Of a stretch of 64,000 bases of DNA, positions 14,764 through 26,942 are shown piece after piece. Position 1 is the first letter of the stretch, and each line of letters begins with the position of its first letter. Source of the stretch: Escherichia coli. GTDB taxonomy: Bacteria > Pseudomonadota > Gammaproteobacteria > Enterobacterales > Enterobacteriaceae. Under the pieces are notes generated by a model. The model was not told the DNA's origin. It saw only the letters and a list, made by a program, of their open reading frames with translations, and did not search any database. The stretch is taken from the NCBI RefSeq assembly GCF_003334315.1, contig NZ_QOWR01000007.1; one strand, written 5' to 3'. A program made the translations under genes and the position numbers.

Positions 14764-14783
14764 TTTCTCAGAATTATGAAAAG

Positions 14784-14810
14784 CCATCCAGATTTGGATG
14801 GTTTTTTTTT
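14784..14810 (+). terminator. intrinsic terminator after rlmB
   Basis: ccatcc-agattt-ggatgg stem followed by a 9-T run. Confidence 0.75.
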
Positions 14811-14889
14811 GTCTATAGCTGGTAAGATAATTACGTATTGCAAATATTCATTTTATTAATATTTAAACTTAATCTATATGGAATAATAT

Positions 14890-15291
14890 ATGACATGGAA
14901 TCCGTTGGCGCTAGCGACGGCGCTGCAAACTGTACCTGAACAAAATATTGATGTAACAAATAGCGAGAACGCATTAATTATTAAAATGAATGATTATGGC
15001 GATTTGCAAATCAATATTCTTTTTACTTCCCGCCAAATGATTATCGAAACCTTTATTTGTCCGGTGAGTAGTATCAGCAATCCAGATGAATTTAATACCT
15101 TCTTATTAAGAAATCAGAAGATGATGCCGTTGTCATCGGTAGGGATCTCCAGCGTACAACAGGAAGAGTATTACATTGTTTTCGGGGCGTTATCGCTTAA
15201 ATCTTCTCTTGAAGATATCCTGCTTGAGATAACCTCGCTGGTAGATAACTCATTGGATCTGGCTGAAATTACAGAAGAATATTCACACTAA
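14890..15291 (+). CDS. yjfI: uncharacterised protein YjfI (DUF2170)
   Basis: 133-aa ORF, AT-rich, first gene of the yjfIJKLMC cluster. Confidence 0.8.
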   Translation: MTWNPLALATALQTVPEQNIDVTNSENALIIKMNDYGDLQINILFTSRQMIIETFICPVSSISNPDEFNTFLLRNQKMMPLSSVGISSVQQEEYYIVFGALSLKSSLEDILLEITSLVDNSLDLAEITEEYSH

Positions 15292-15309
15292 TTACAAGGA
15301 CGGGTATTT

Positions 15310-16008
15310 ATGGGAATTTTAAAAAGTTTATTTACGCTGGGGAAATCGTTTATCTCCCAGGCGGAAGAATCCATTGAAGAAACCCAGGGCGTGCGCATGC
15401 TGGAACAGCATATTCGTGACGCTAAAGCTGAACTCGATAAAGCCGGAAAATCTCGCGTTGATCTGCTGGCGCGGGTGAAATTAAGTCACGATAAGCTGAA
15501 AGATTTACGTGAGCGCAAAGCCAGTCTGGAAGCCCGTGCGCTGGAAGCGTTAAGCAAGAACGTTAATCCGTCGTTGATTAACGAAGTTGCTGAAGAAATC
15601 GCGCGCCTTGAGAATCTCATTACCGCTGAAGAGCAAGTGTTGTCGAATCTGGAAGTCTCCCGTGATGGCGTGGAAAAAGCAGTTACAGCGACAGCGCAGC
15701 GTATCGCTCAGTTTGAGCAGCAAATGGAAGTCGTTAAAGCCACTGAAGCCATGCAGCGTGCACAACAGGCTGTAACAACCTCTACCGTTGGCGCATCTTC
15801 CAGCGTTTCGACAGCGGCAGAATCCTTAAAACGCCTGCAAACGCGTCAGGCCGAACGTCAGGCTCGCCTGGATGCTGCCGCACAGTTGGAGAAAGTCGCA
15901 GACGGTCGCGACCTTGACGAAAAGCTGGCGGAAGCCGGAATTGGCGGTAGCAATAAAAGTAGCGCCCAGGATGTATTAGCAAGACTGCAACGCCAACAGG
16001 GCGAGTAA
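15310..16008 (+). CDS. yjfJ: PspA/IM30-family protein YjfJ
   Basis: 232 aa, coiled-coil rich (…LEQHIRDAKAELDKAG…), PspA-like. Confidence 0.85.
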   Translation: MGILKSLFTLGKSFISQAEESIEETQGVRMLEQHIRDAKAELDKAGKSRVDLLARVKLSHDKLKDLRERKASLEARALEALSKNVNPSLINEVAEEIARLENLITAEEQVLSNLEVSRDGVEKAVTATAQRIAQFEQQMEVVKATEAMQRAQQAVTTSTVGASSSVSTAAESLKRLQTRQAERQARLDAAAQLEKVADGRDLDEKLAEAGIGGSNKSSAQDVLARLQRQQGE

Positions 16009-16058
16009 TTTTTTTGCCAGCCTCGCTAAAAGGCTGGCAACTATTTTAAGGATAAAAT

Positions 16059-16718
16059 ATGTCTGGTTTTTTCCAGCGTCTGTTTGGCAAGGATAATAAG
16101 CCAGCTATCGCTCGTGGTCCGCTGGGACTTCATCTCAATAGTGGCTTTACGCTCGACACGTTAGCGTTTCGTTTGCTGGAAGATGAATTGCTGATTGCGC
16201 TGCCGGGTGAGGAATTTACGGTAGCCGCCGTCAGCCACATCGATCTGGGCGGCGGTAGTCAGATTTTCCGCTACTACACTTCAGGCGATGAGTTTCTGCA
16301 AATCAATACCACCGGCGGCGAAGATATTGATGACATTGATGATATCAAGCTCTTTGTCTATGAAGAGAGCTACGGTATCAGTAAAGAGAGTCACTGGCGC
16401 GAGGCGATCAACGCCAAAGCGATGGGAGCAATGACCTTAAACTGGCAGGAAAAACGCTGGCAGCGATTTTTTAACAGCGAAGAACCGGGAAATATCGAAC
16501 CCGTCTACATGCTGGAAAAAGTAGAAAATCAAAACCATGCCAAATGGGAGGTCCATAATTTTACCATGGGCTACCAACGGCAAGTAACCGAAGATACTTA
16601 CGAATATTTGCTGCTAAATGGTGAGGAATCTTTTAACGATCTCGGCGAGCCAGAGTGGTTATTTTCGCGCGCGTTGGGTGTCGATATCCCGCTGACATCA
16701 CTTCATATTATTGGTTAA
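16059..16718 (+). CDS. yjfK: uncharacterised protein YjfK (DUF2491)
   Basis: 219-aa ORF in conserved cluster position. Confidence 0.8.
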   Translation: MSGFFQRLFGKDNKPAIARGPLGLHLNSGFTLDTLAFRLLEDELLIALPGEEFTVAAVSHIDLGGGSQIFRYYTSGDEFLQINTTGGEDIDDIDDIKLFVYEESYGISKESHWREAINAKAMGAMTLNWQEKRWQRFFNSEEPGNIEPVYMLEKVENQNHAKWEVHNFTMGYQRQVTEDTYEYLLLNGEESFNDLGEPEWLFSRALGVDIPLTSLHIIG

Positions 16719-16735
16719 TTACAAGGACGTTTACA

Positions 16736-17134
16736 ATGCATATACTGGATTCACTTCTTGCCTTTAGCGCCTATTTTTTTATTGGCGTGGCTATGGTGAT
16801 TATTTTTCTGTTTATCTATTCTAAAATTACACCGCACAACGAATGGCAGTTAATCAAAAACAATAATACCGCGGCGTCACTGGCGTTCAGCGGTACATTG
16901 TTGGGTTACGTTATCCCCTTATCCAGTGCGGCAATCAATGCGGTGAGTATTCCAGACTATTTCGCCTGGGGCGGGATTGCACTGGTGATTCAGTTACTCG
17001 TTTTTGCTGGTGTCAGACTTTATATGCCCGCATTAAGCGAAAAAATTATTAATCACAATACCGCAGCAGGAATGTTTATGGGAACCGCCGCGCTGGCTGG
17101 CGGTATTTTTAACGCAGCTTGTATGACATGGTAA
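16736..17134 (+). CDS. yjfL: inner-membrane protein YjfL (DUF350)
   Basis: 132 aa from internal ATG 16736 (MHILDSLLAFSAYFFIGV...), multi-TM; the longer track ORF from 16655 overlaps yjfK and was not used. Confidence 0.75.
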   Translation: MHILDSLLAFSAYFFIGVAMVIIFLFIYSKITPHNEWQLIKNNNTAASLAFSGTLLGYVIPLSSAAINAVSIPDYFAWGGIALVIQLLVFAGVRLYMPALSEKIINHNTAAGMFMGTAALAGGIFNAACMTW

Positions 17135-17143
17135 TGGACGATC

Positions 17144-17782
17144 ATGGCCAGAAAACGCAAATCAAGAAATAACAGTAAAATTGGTCACGGAGCGATTAGT
17201 CGCATTGGTAGACCGAATAATCCTTTTGAACCGCGTCGCAATCGCTACGCACAAAAATACTTAACGTTGGCGCTAATGGGCGGTGCCGCTTTTTTCGTAT
17301 TGAAAGGTTGTAGCGATAGTAGCGATGTCGATAACGACGGCGACGGAACGTTTTACGCGACAGTGCAGGATTGTATTGATGACGGTAATAATGCCGACAT
17401 TTGCGCGCGTGGCTGGAACAACGCCAAAACGGCATTTTATGCCGATGTTCCGAAGAATATGACTCAGCAGAACTGTCAGTCTAAGTACGAAAATTGCTAC
17501 TACGACAATGTTGAACAGAGTTGGATCCCGGTCGTTTCTGGATTTTTGTTAAGCCGGGTTATTCGTAAAGATCGCGATGAGCCGTTTGTTTATAACAGCG
17601 GCGGTTCCTCTTTTGCTTCGCGCCCAGTCTGGCGCAGCACTTCTGGTGATTACTCTTGGCGCTCCGGTTCTGGCAAAAAAGAGTCTTACTCTTCGGGCGG
17701 CTTTACCACCAAAAAAGCGTCTACCGTTTCTCGCGGCGGCTATGGTCGTTCTTCCAGCGCCCGTGGGCATTGGGGAGGCTAA
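17144..17782 (+). CDS. yjfM: uncharacterised protein YjfM (DUF1190)
   Basis: 212 aa, N-terminal basic region plus TM helix, Ser/Gly-rich C-terminus. Confidence 0.8.
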   Translation: MARKRKSRNNSKIGHGAISRIGRPNNPFEPRRNRYAQKYLTLALMGGAAFFVLKGCSDSSDVDNDGDGTFYATVQDCIDDGNNADICARGWNNAKTAFYADVPKNMTQQNCQSKYENCYYDNVEQSWIPVVSGFLLSRVIRKDRDEPFVYNSGGSSFASRPVWRSTSGDYSWRSGSGKKESYSSGGFTTKKASTVSRGGYGRSSSARGHWGG

Positions 17783-17784
17783 TC

Positions 17785-18948
17785 ATGCTGAGACACAACG
17801 TTCCTGTGCGACGGGATCTGGACCAGATCGCCGCTGACAACGGTTTCGACTTTCATATCATCGACAATGAAATCTATTGGGATGAGAGTCGGGCTTACCG
17901 TTTTACTCTGCGCCAGATTGAAGAGCAGATCGAAAAACCGACTGCGGAACTGCATCAGATGTGCCTTGAGGTGGTGGATCGCGCGGTAAAAGATGAAGAG
18001 ATCCTGACGCAACTGGCGATCCCGCCGTTGTACTGGGATGTGATCGCTGAAAGCTGGCGCGCCCGCGATCCTTCGCTGTATGGACGGATGGATTTTGCCT
18101 GGTGTGGCAATGCGCCGGTGAAGCTGCTGGAGTACAACGCCGATACGCCAACTTCATTGTACGAGTCGGCTTATTTCCAGTGGCTGTGGCTGGAGGATGC
18201 CCGGCGCAGCGGCATTATTCCGCGTGATGCCGATCAGTACAATGCTATTCAGGAACGCCTGATTTCACGCTTTAGCGAGCTTTACAGTCGGGAACCGTTT
18301 TATTTTTGCTGCTGTCAGGACACCGATGAAGACAGGAGTACCGTGCTGTACTTGCAGGACTGCGCCCAGCAGGCAGGGCAGGAGTCGCGGTTTATCTACA
18401 TTGAAGATCTCGGTTTGGGCGTCGGCGGCGTACTGACCGATCTTGATGATAATGTCATCCAGCGTGCATTTAAGCTGTATCCGCTGGAGTGGATGATGCG
18501 TGACGATAACGGTCCGCTGCTGCGCAAGCGTCGCGAGCAATGGGTGGAGCCGTTATGGAAAAGTATCTTGAGTAATAAAGGGCTAATGCCGCTGCTTTGG
18601 CGCTTCTTCCCTGGTCATCCTAACCTTCTTGCATCCTGGTTTGAGGGTGAAAAATCGCAGATTGCCGCTGGCGAAAGCTATGTGCGTAAACCGCTCTACT
18701 CGCGCGAAGGCGGAAATGTCACCATTTTCGACGGCCAGAATAACGTCGTTGACCACGCTGATGGTGATTACGCCGATGAACCGATGATCTACCAGGCGTT
18801 TCAACCTCTGCCGCGGTTTGGCGATAGCTACACACTCATCGGTAGCTGGATTGTCGATGATGAAGCGTGCGGAATGGGGATCCGTGAAGATAACACACTG
18901 ATCACCAAAGACACCTCACGTTTCGTTCCGCATTACATTGCTGGATAA
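17785..18948 (+). CDS. yjfC: glutathionylspermidine-synthase-like ATP-grasp protein YjfC
   Basis: 387 aa from ATG 17785 (GGGGAGG Shine-Dalgarno); starts 3 bp after the yjfM stop. Confidence 0.85.
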   Translation: MLRHNVPVRRDLDQIAADNGFDFHIIDNEIYWDESRAYRFTLRQIEEQIEKPTAELHQMCLEVVDRAVKDEEILTQLAIPPLYWDVIAESWRARDPSLYGRMDFAWCGNAPVKLLEYNADTPTSLYESAYFQWLWLEDARRSGIIPRDADQYNAIQERLISRFSELYSREPFYFCCCQDTDEDRSTVLYLQDCAQQAGQESRFIYIEDLGLGVGGVLTDLDDNVIQRAFKLYPLEWMMRDDNGPLLRKRREQWVEPLWKSILSNKGLMPLLWRFFPGHPNLLASWFEGEKSQIAAGESYVRKPLYSREGGNVTIFDGQNNVVDHADGDYADEPMIYQAFQPLPRFGDSYTLIGSWIVDDEACGMGIREDNTLITKDTSRFVPHYIAG

Positions 18949-18982
18949 GAATGTTTTAGCAATCTCTTTCTGTCATGAATCC

Positions 18983-19014
18983 ATGGCAGTGACCATACTA
19001 ATGGTGACTGCCAT
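18983..19014. promoter_or_regulatory. 14-bp imperfect inverted repeat immediately upstream of the aidB start
   Basis: atggcagtgaccat-acta-atggtgactgccat (one mismatch between arms). Confidence 0.3.
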
Positions 19015-19031
19015 TGATGGAGGGAGACACA

Positions 19032-20657
19032 GTGCACTGGCAAACTCACACCGTTTTTAATCAACCTATACCATTAAATAACAGCAACTTATACCTGTCT
19101 GATGGCGCGCTCTGCGAAGCGGTAACGCGTGAAGGTGCTGGCTGGGATAGCGATTTTCTAGCCAGTATTGGTCAGCAGTTAGGAACGGCTGAATCCCTTG
19201 AACTGGGGCGGCTGGCGAATGTGAATCCGCCTGAATTATTGCGCTACGATGCGCAAGGACGCCGTCTGGACGATGTGCGTTTTCACCCCGCCTGGCACCT
19301 GCTGATGCAGGCGCTATGTACCAATCGGGTGCACAATCTTGCCTGGGAAGAAGACGCTCGCTCCGGCGCATTTGTGGCGCGCGCGGCGCGTTTTATGTTA
19401 CATGCGCAGGTTGAGGCAGGGTCGTTATGTCCGATAACCATGACCTTTGCCGCCACGCCATTGTTGTTACAGATGTTACCCGCGCCGTTTCAGGACTGGA
19501 CCACGCCGCTATTGAGCGATCGCTACGATTCTCACTTATTGTCAGGTGGGCAAAAACGCGGTTTGTTGATTGGCATGGGAATGACGGAAAAGCAGGGCGG
19601 TTCCGATGTTATGAGCAACACCACCCGTGCAGAGCGTCTGGAAGATGGCTCTTATCGGCTGGTGGGGCATAAATGGTTTTTCTCGGTTCCGCAAAGCGAT
19701 GCGCATCTGGTGCTGGCGCAGACCGCGGGTGGCCTGTCCTGCTTTTTTGTGCCGCGCTTTTTGCCTGACGGGCAACGCAACGCGATTCGCCTCGAGCGGC
19801 TGAAAGATAAGCTGGGTAATCGCTCTAACGCCAGTTGCGAAGTGGAGTTTCAGGATGCCATTGGTTGGTTGTTGGGGCAGGAAGGGGAAGGAATTCGTCT
19901 GATCCTGAAAATGGGTGGGATGACGCGTTTTGATTGCGCCCTGGGTAGCCATGCCATGATGCGCCGTGCATTTTCGCTGGCGATTTATCATGCACATCAA
20001 CGCCATGTTTTTGGTAATCCATTGATCCAACAGCCCCTTATGCGTCATGTCTTAAGTCGCATGGCACTTCAGCTTGAAGGGCAAACGGCGTTGCTGTTTC
20101 GTCTTGCGCGAGCGTGGGACCGGCGTGCCGATGCCAAAGAAGCCCTGTGGGCGCGTTTATTTACGCCTGCGGCAAAATTTGTGATCTGCAAAAGAGGTAT
20201 GCCGTTTGTGGCCGAAGCGATGGAGGTGCTGGGCGGCATTGGTTATTGCGAGGAGAGCGAGCTGCCGCGGCTTTACCGGGAGATGCCGGTAAACAGTATT
20301 TGGGAAGGTTCCGGCAATATTATGTGCCTGGATGTGTTGCGCGTTCTCAATAAGCAAGCGGGCGTATACGACTTATTGTCGGAAGCATTTGTGGAAGTGA
20401 AAGGGCAGGATCGCTATTTTGATCGCGCGGTTCGTCGTTTACAGCAGCAGCTGCGTAAGCCAGCTGAAGAACTGGGGCGAGAGATTACTCATCAGCTATT
20501 CCTGCTGGGCTGCGGTGCGCAAATGTTGAAATATGCTTCTCCGCCAATGGCGCAGGCGTGGTGTCAGGTGATGTTAGATACGCGCGGCGGCGTACGGTTG
20601 TCAGAGCAGATCCAGAATGATTTATTGCTGCGGGCGACGGGGGGAGTGTGTGTGTAA
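19032..20657 (+). CDS. aidB: isovaleryl-CoA-dehydrogenase-like adaptive-response protein AidB
   Basis: 541 aa from GTG 19032 (VHWQTHTVFNQP...), acyl-CoA dehydrogenase fold. Confidence 0.92.
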   Translation: MHWQTHTVFNQPIPLNNSNLYLSDGALCEAVTREGAGWDSDFLASIGQQLGTAESLELGRLANVNPPELLRYDAQGRRLDDVRFHPAWHLLMQALCTNRVHNLAWEEDARSGAFVARAARFMLHAQVEAGSLCPITMTFAATPLLLQMLPAPFQDWTTPLLSDRYDSHLLSGGQKRGLLIGMGMTEKQGGSDVMSNTTRAERLEDGSYRLVGHKWFFSVPQSDAHLVLAQTAGGLSCFFVPRFLPDGQRNAIRLERLKDKLGNRSNASCEVEFQDAIGWLLGQEGEGIRLILKMGGMTRFDCALGSHAMMRRAFSLAIYHAHQRHVFGNPLIQQPLMRHVLSRMALQLEGQTALLFRLARAWDRRADAKEALWARLFTPAAKFVICKRGMPFVAEAMEVLGGIGYCEESELPRLYREMPVNSIWEGSGNIMCLDVLRVLNKQAGVYDLLSEAFVEVKGQDRYFDRAVRRLQQQLRKPAEELGREITHQLFLLGCGAQMLKYASPPMAQAWCQVMLDTRGGVRLSEQIQNDLLLRATGGVCV

Positions 20658-20714
20658 GCGTATACGACTGATGCGACGCTGGTTTCGATTAACTAAATGA
20701 AATATGTGAAAATT

Positions 20715-20749
20715 GTAGGCCGGACAAGGCGCTCGCGCCGCATCCGGCA
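20715..20749. repeat. REP element downstream of aidB
   Basis: gtaggccggacaaggcgctcgcgccgcatccggca. Confidence 0.65.
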
Positions 20750-20773
20750 TTGTTCATTTGCTGTAGATGACAC

Positions 20774-21049
20774 TCATGCATACAGTATCGCCTGTACGCG
20801 CCAGTTATCAGGCTGCTGGTCTTCGTACATGGTAATAATGCGGTACCATGACGCACCTTGTTCATCGGCCTTTAACGCCACGATACGTTCCACGTCCTGC
20901 GGATCCCCTGAAATATTGCTAACTGAGATCTGACCTATTTCATTCAGGCCCGTCACGCAGTCAGCACTGGCGAATTCTGCAGACTGTGCCGTGGCGCTCG
21001 CAGGATAAGTCACTAATTGCAGCGAGGGTGAGGCAAGTAATTGTTTCAT
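20774..21049 (-). CDS. yjfN: small secreted protein YjfN (DUF1471/YhcN family)
   Basis: 91 aa from ATG 21049 (MKQLLASPSLQL...), signal peptide. Confidence 0.75.
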   Translation of the reverse strand: MKQLLASPSLQLVTYPASATAQSAEFASADCVTGLNEIGQISVSNISGDPQDVERIVALKADEQGASWYRIITMYEDQQPDNWRVQAILYA

Positions 21050-21197
21050 CGTCAGCTCCATTTTTCGTTTCCCCACATGTTGCAGGGCATTCCATCGCGG
21101 TAATAAACGCCCAGGCTTCCAGCCGGTAATTTATTGTGCACAGGTAAACGCATAGGGACGCAAAGCAATGTAAAGCTGACTATGTAAGTTGTCTGAT

Positions 21198-21527
21198 TTA
21201 TTTACGGTACAAAATGGCTTGTGAATACCACTGTCCTGTCACGATGGTTTCGTCCACCATGACGACAACGTAATAATCAGCTTTTGCAGCGACAGCTTTC
21301 GCTTTGATTTCTGCTAATGCGTCATCCGGAGAACCCCGAACCATCGTGCTTACGCTACCTATTCGCTGTAACCCTTGCGTCTGGTCGCGGCGAATCTCTT
21401 GCGGATGGTCCGTTACTGGCGGTGCTGGCTGTGGCGTACCTTGCAGTGCGCTACAGGCACTTAACATCAACACCAATAATAAACTGGCAAACCGGTAAAT
21501 AACGCTATTACGTTTCCTGCTAACCAT
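21198..21527 (-). CDS. bsmA: lipoprotein BsmA (YjfO), biofilm stress and motility
   Basis: 109 aa from ATG 21527, lipobox LSAC; DUF1471-like C-terminus ...QAILYRK. Confidence 0.8.
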   Translation of the reverse strand: MVSRKRNSVIYRFASLLLVLMLSACSALQGTPQPAPPVTDHPQEIRRDQTQGLQRIGSVSTMVRGSPDDALAEIKAKAVAAKADYYVVVMVDETIVTGQWYSQAILYRK

Positions 21528-21708
21528 AGTGTAGTGCCTTATTAATTTAACTTTGGGGGAATGTTCCCGAATTGTTACCTGGTACGCGATTTTCGAATGA
21601 AAACGTGACGAAAGCGTAACCCACATCTCAACATTATGAACTAATACCGCCAGCAGAAACTTGTGCTAAGGATTTCTTCATGTCATACCAGACAAAAAGG
21701 AGAGACAG

Positions 21709-22458
21709 ATGATTGAAATAGAATCACGCGAGCTGGCAGATATTCCCGTTCTTCATGCTTATCCTGTCGGACAAAAAGATACCCCGTTACCGTGCGCGAT
21801 TTTTTATCACGGCTTTACTTCGTCCAGTCTGGTGTATAGCTATTTTGCCGTTGCGCTGGCGCAGGCTGGTTTGCGGGTGATCATGCCGGATGCGCCCGAT
21901 CACGGTAGTCGTTTTAGTGGCGACGCAGCGCGGCGGTTAAATCAATTCTGGCAAATCTTGCTACAAAGTATGCAGGAATTCACTACTTTACGTGCGGCAA
22001 TAGCCGAAGAAAAGTGGCTGCTTGATGACCGTCTGGCAGTCGGTGGTGCGTCGATGGGCGCGATGACGGCACTGGGGATTACCGCTCGCCACCCCACGGT
22101 GAGATGTACCGCCAGCATGATGGGATCGGGCTATTTTACATCACTCGCCCGTTCACTGTTTCCACCGCTGATACCTGAAACGACAGCACAGCAGAATGAA
22201 TTCAATAACATTGTCGCGCCGCTGGCAGAGTGGGAAGCGACAAACCACCTGGAACAACTTAGTGACAGACCTCTACTGCTGTGGCATGGCCTCGACGATG
22301 ACGTTGTGCCTGCCGACGAATCACTACGTTTGCAGCAGGCCTTAAGCGAGACGGGACGGGATAAACTGCTAACCTGTTCATGGCAGCCAGGCGTGCGTCA
22401 CCGCATTACGTCTGAGGCGTTAGATGCTGCAGTGACATTTTTCCGCCAGCATCTTTAA
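21709..22458 (+). CDS. yjfP: alpha/beta-hydrolase esterase YjfP
   Basis: 249 aa, GxSxG nucleophile elbow (GGASMGAM). Confidence 0.88.
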
Positions 22459-23210
22459 ACACGCAGAATGCTGACCCCTTGCGCTTCCAGTTGTTGCAGG
22501 ATTTCCGGGTTAGCATTTTTGCCGGTGATCAGCATATCAATTTGATCGGCACGGCTAAAAAGCATTCCCGCGCGTTCGCCAATCTTACTGCTATCAACCA
22601 GTACCACCAGTTTCCCTACCACGCTCAGCATCTTCTGCTCTGCCATTGCCGTCAGCATATCGGTTTTATACAACCCTTCTGCTGTCAGTCCTTTGCCGCT
22701 GGTAAACATCCAGTGCCCGGCATAGAGACTGTTTTCGCTGCCCTGCGGGCTTAAAGTGATGGACTGACTTTTGTTGTACTGTCCGCCCATAATGATCACG
22801 CTGTCATGTTCTTGATCGATCAGGTAATTTGCCAGCGGTAGATAATTAGTGATGATTTGCACTGGCTTGCCACACATTTCCCGCCCAAGCAGAAACGCGG
22901 TGGAGCCGCAGTTGATGACTACGCTTTCGCCCGGATTAACCAGCTGCGAGGCCGCTTTAGCGATACGTACTTTTTCATCGTGATTCTGCGCCTGATGCAG
23001 ATTCATCGGCGTCCAGCGCGGGCGCTGTTGGGTAATAGCTTCTGCGCCATTGCGCACTTTTTTCAGTTTGCCGCTTTCGTCAAGTTTATTGATATCGCGT
23101 CGCGCAGTGGCAGGCGAAATTCCCAGACGCTCAACGACTTTCTCAACGGTCACAAAGCCCAATTGTGCGAGCATTTCCAGGAGGATTTGATGTCTTTGTG
23201 CTTCAGTCAT
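22455..23210 (-). CDS. ulaR: DeoR-family repressor of the ascorbate utilisation regulon UlaR
   Basis: 251 aa, N-terminal HTH, sugar-phosphate-binding C-domain; adjacent to ulaG. Confidence 0.92.
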
Positions 23211-23317
23211 GAGCTATTCCGATAAAATTTGATTTTTTTAGATGATATTTGAAATAGCCAGGAAATACTACGCCGGATAGCGCGAACTACTCCACGCTAT
23301 CCGGTATAAACGACAGA

Positions 23318-24382
23318 TTACAGGAATGACTTGAACGGCAGATCCGGTTCAATAGTGAAGCAATCATCGAAACCACGCGGATAGTGGTACTCGAAGTTGT
23401 CTTTATCCAACGGCCAGGTAAATTTGCCGCCAACCTGCCAGATAAACGGCTTGAAGCCATACTTCAGGCGATCTTTTTTCATCTCCCACAGCACGCGGAT
23501 CTCTTGCGGATCGGCCTGGAAGTTTGACCAGATATCGTGGTGGAACGGGATAACCACTTTCGCATTCAGGGCTTCACCCATACGCAGCATATCGGCGCTG
23601 GTCATTTTGTCGGTGATACCGCGCGGGTTTTCGCCGTATGAACCTAAAGCCACGTCGATCTGATGTTCGTTACCGTGCTTCGCATAATAGTTAGAGTAGT
23701 GGGAGTCGCCGCTGTGATACAGGGAGCCGCCAGGCGTTTTGAACAGATAGTTCACCGCGCGATCGTCCATGCCGTCCGGCAGTACGCCAGCCGCTTTTTG
23801 ATCGGCAGGCAGGGTGATCAGTGCAGTACGGTCGAAAGCGTCAAGCGCATGAATTTCAATGTCTTTCACTTTTACAACATCGCCCGGTTTGACCACGATG
23901 CAACGCTCTTTCGGTACGCCCCAGCCAATCCACAAATCCACACAGGTTTTCGGTCCAATGAACGGTACGTCATCAGCACAGTTCTGCATCACAGCAGCAG
24001 CGACGTTGACGTCGATATGATCGTTGTGATCGTGAGTCGCCAGTACCGCGTCGACCTGGCGAATCGCAAACGGATCAAGAACAAACGGGGTGGTGCGCAG
24101 GTTTGGCTGCAGTTTTTTCACGCCAGCCATGCGCTGCATTTGGTGACCCTGTTTCATTAACGGGTTACCGTGACTTTGTTTGCCAGTGCCGCACCAGAAA
24201 TCAACGCAAACGTTGGTGCCACCTTCCGATTTTAACCAGATCCCGGTGCAGCCAAGCCACCACATCGCAAATGTGCCAGGAGCGACCTGTTCTTGTTCAA
24301 TTTCTTCATTCAACCAGCTACCCCACTCCGGGAAAGTGCTCAGGATCCAGGATTCACGGGTGATACTTTTCACTTTACTCAT
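23318..24382 (-). CDS. ulaG: L-ascorbate-6-phosphate lactonase UlaG
   Basis: 354 aa from ATG 24382, metallo-beta-lactamase fold (HDHNDH). Confidence 0.92.
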   Translation of the reverse strand: MSKVKSITRESWILSTFPEWGSWLNEEIEQEQVAPGTFAMWWLGCTGIWLKSEGGTNVCVDFWCGTGKQSHGNPLMKQGHQMQRMAGVKKLQPNLRTTPFVLDPFAIRQVDAVLATHDHNDHIDVNVAAAVMQNCADDVPFIGPKTCVDLWIGWGVPKERCIVVKPGDVVKVKDIEIHALDAFDRTALITLPADQKAAGVLPDGMDDRAVNYLFKTPGGSLYHSGDSHYSNYYAKHGNEHQIDVALGSYGENPRGITDKMTSADMLRMGEALNAKVVIPFHHDIWSNFQADPQEIRVLWEMKKDRLKYGFKPFIWQVGGKFTWPLDKDNFEYHYPRGFDDCFTIEPDLPFKSFL

Positions 24383-26134
<1,752 letters not shown>

Positions 26135-26149
26135 TAAGGAGTTTTGATT

Positions 26150-26455
26150 ATGACCGTACGTATTCTGGCTGTGTGTGGCAACGGACAAGGCAGTTCCATG
26201 ATCATGAAGATGAAAGTGGACCAGTTTTTAACCCAATCAAACATTGACCACACGGTAAACAGCTGCGCGGTTGGCGAATACAAAAGCGAGTTGAGCGGCG
26301 CGGATATCATCATCGCTTCTACGCACATTGCGGGCGAAATCACCGTGACCGGCAACAAATACGTGGTCGGCGTGCGCAACATGCTCTCTCCTGCCGACTT
26401 TGGCCCGAAACTGCTGGAAGTGATCAAAGAGCATTTCCCGCAGGACGTGAAGTAA
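26150..26455 (+). CDS. ulaB: ascorbate PTS EIIB
   Basis: 101 aa [16 protein letters not shown]..., phosphorylatable Cys. Confidence 0.93.
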
Positions 26456-26464
26456 GGACGCGCC

Positions 26465-26929
26465 ATGAAATTACGTGATTCGCTGGCGGAGAATAAATCC
26501 ATCCGCCTGCAGGCTGAAGCAGAGACATGGCAGGACGCAGTGAAAATCGGCGTTGACCTGCTGGTGGCGGCGGATGTTGTCGAGCCGCGTTACTACCAGG
26601 CGATTCTGGATGCGGTTGAACAGCACGGTCCGTACTTTGTGCTCGCACCAGGCCTGGCAATGCCGCACGGTCGCCCGGAAGAGGGCGTTAAGAAAACCGG
26701 TTTTGCGCTAGTGACGCTGAAAAAGCCGCTGGAGTTCAACCACGAAGATAATGACCCTGTGGATATCCTCATCACCATGGCGGCGGTCGATGCCAACACG
26801 CACCAGGAAGTAGGCATCATGCAGATCGTCAACCTGTTTGAAGATGAAGAAAATTTCGACCGTTTACGTGCCTGCCGTACCGAGCAGGAAGTACTGGATC
26901 TCATTGACCGCACCAACGCGGCAGCTTAA
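26465..26929 (+). CDS. ulaC: ascorbate PTS EIIA
   Basis: 154 aa, PTS EIIA-2 fold. Confidence 0.93.
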   Translation: MKLRDSLAENKSIRLQAEAETWQDAVKIGVDLLVAADVVEPRYYQAILDAVEQHGPYFVLAPGLAMPHGRPEEGVKKTGFALVTLKKPLEFNHEDNDPVDILITMAAVDANTHQEVGIMQIVNLFEDEENFDRLRACRTEQEVLDLIDRTNAAA

Positions 26930-26942
26930 GAAGGAATTGAAG

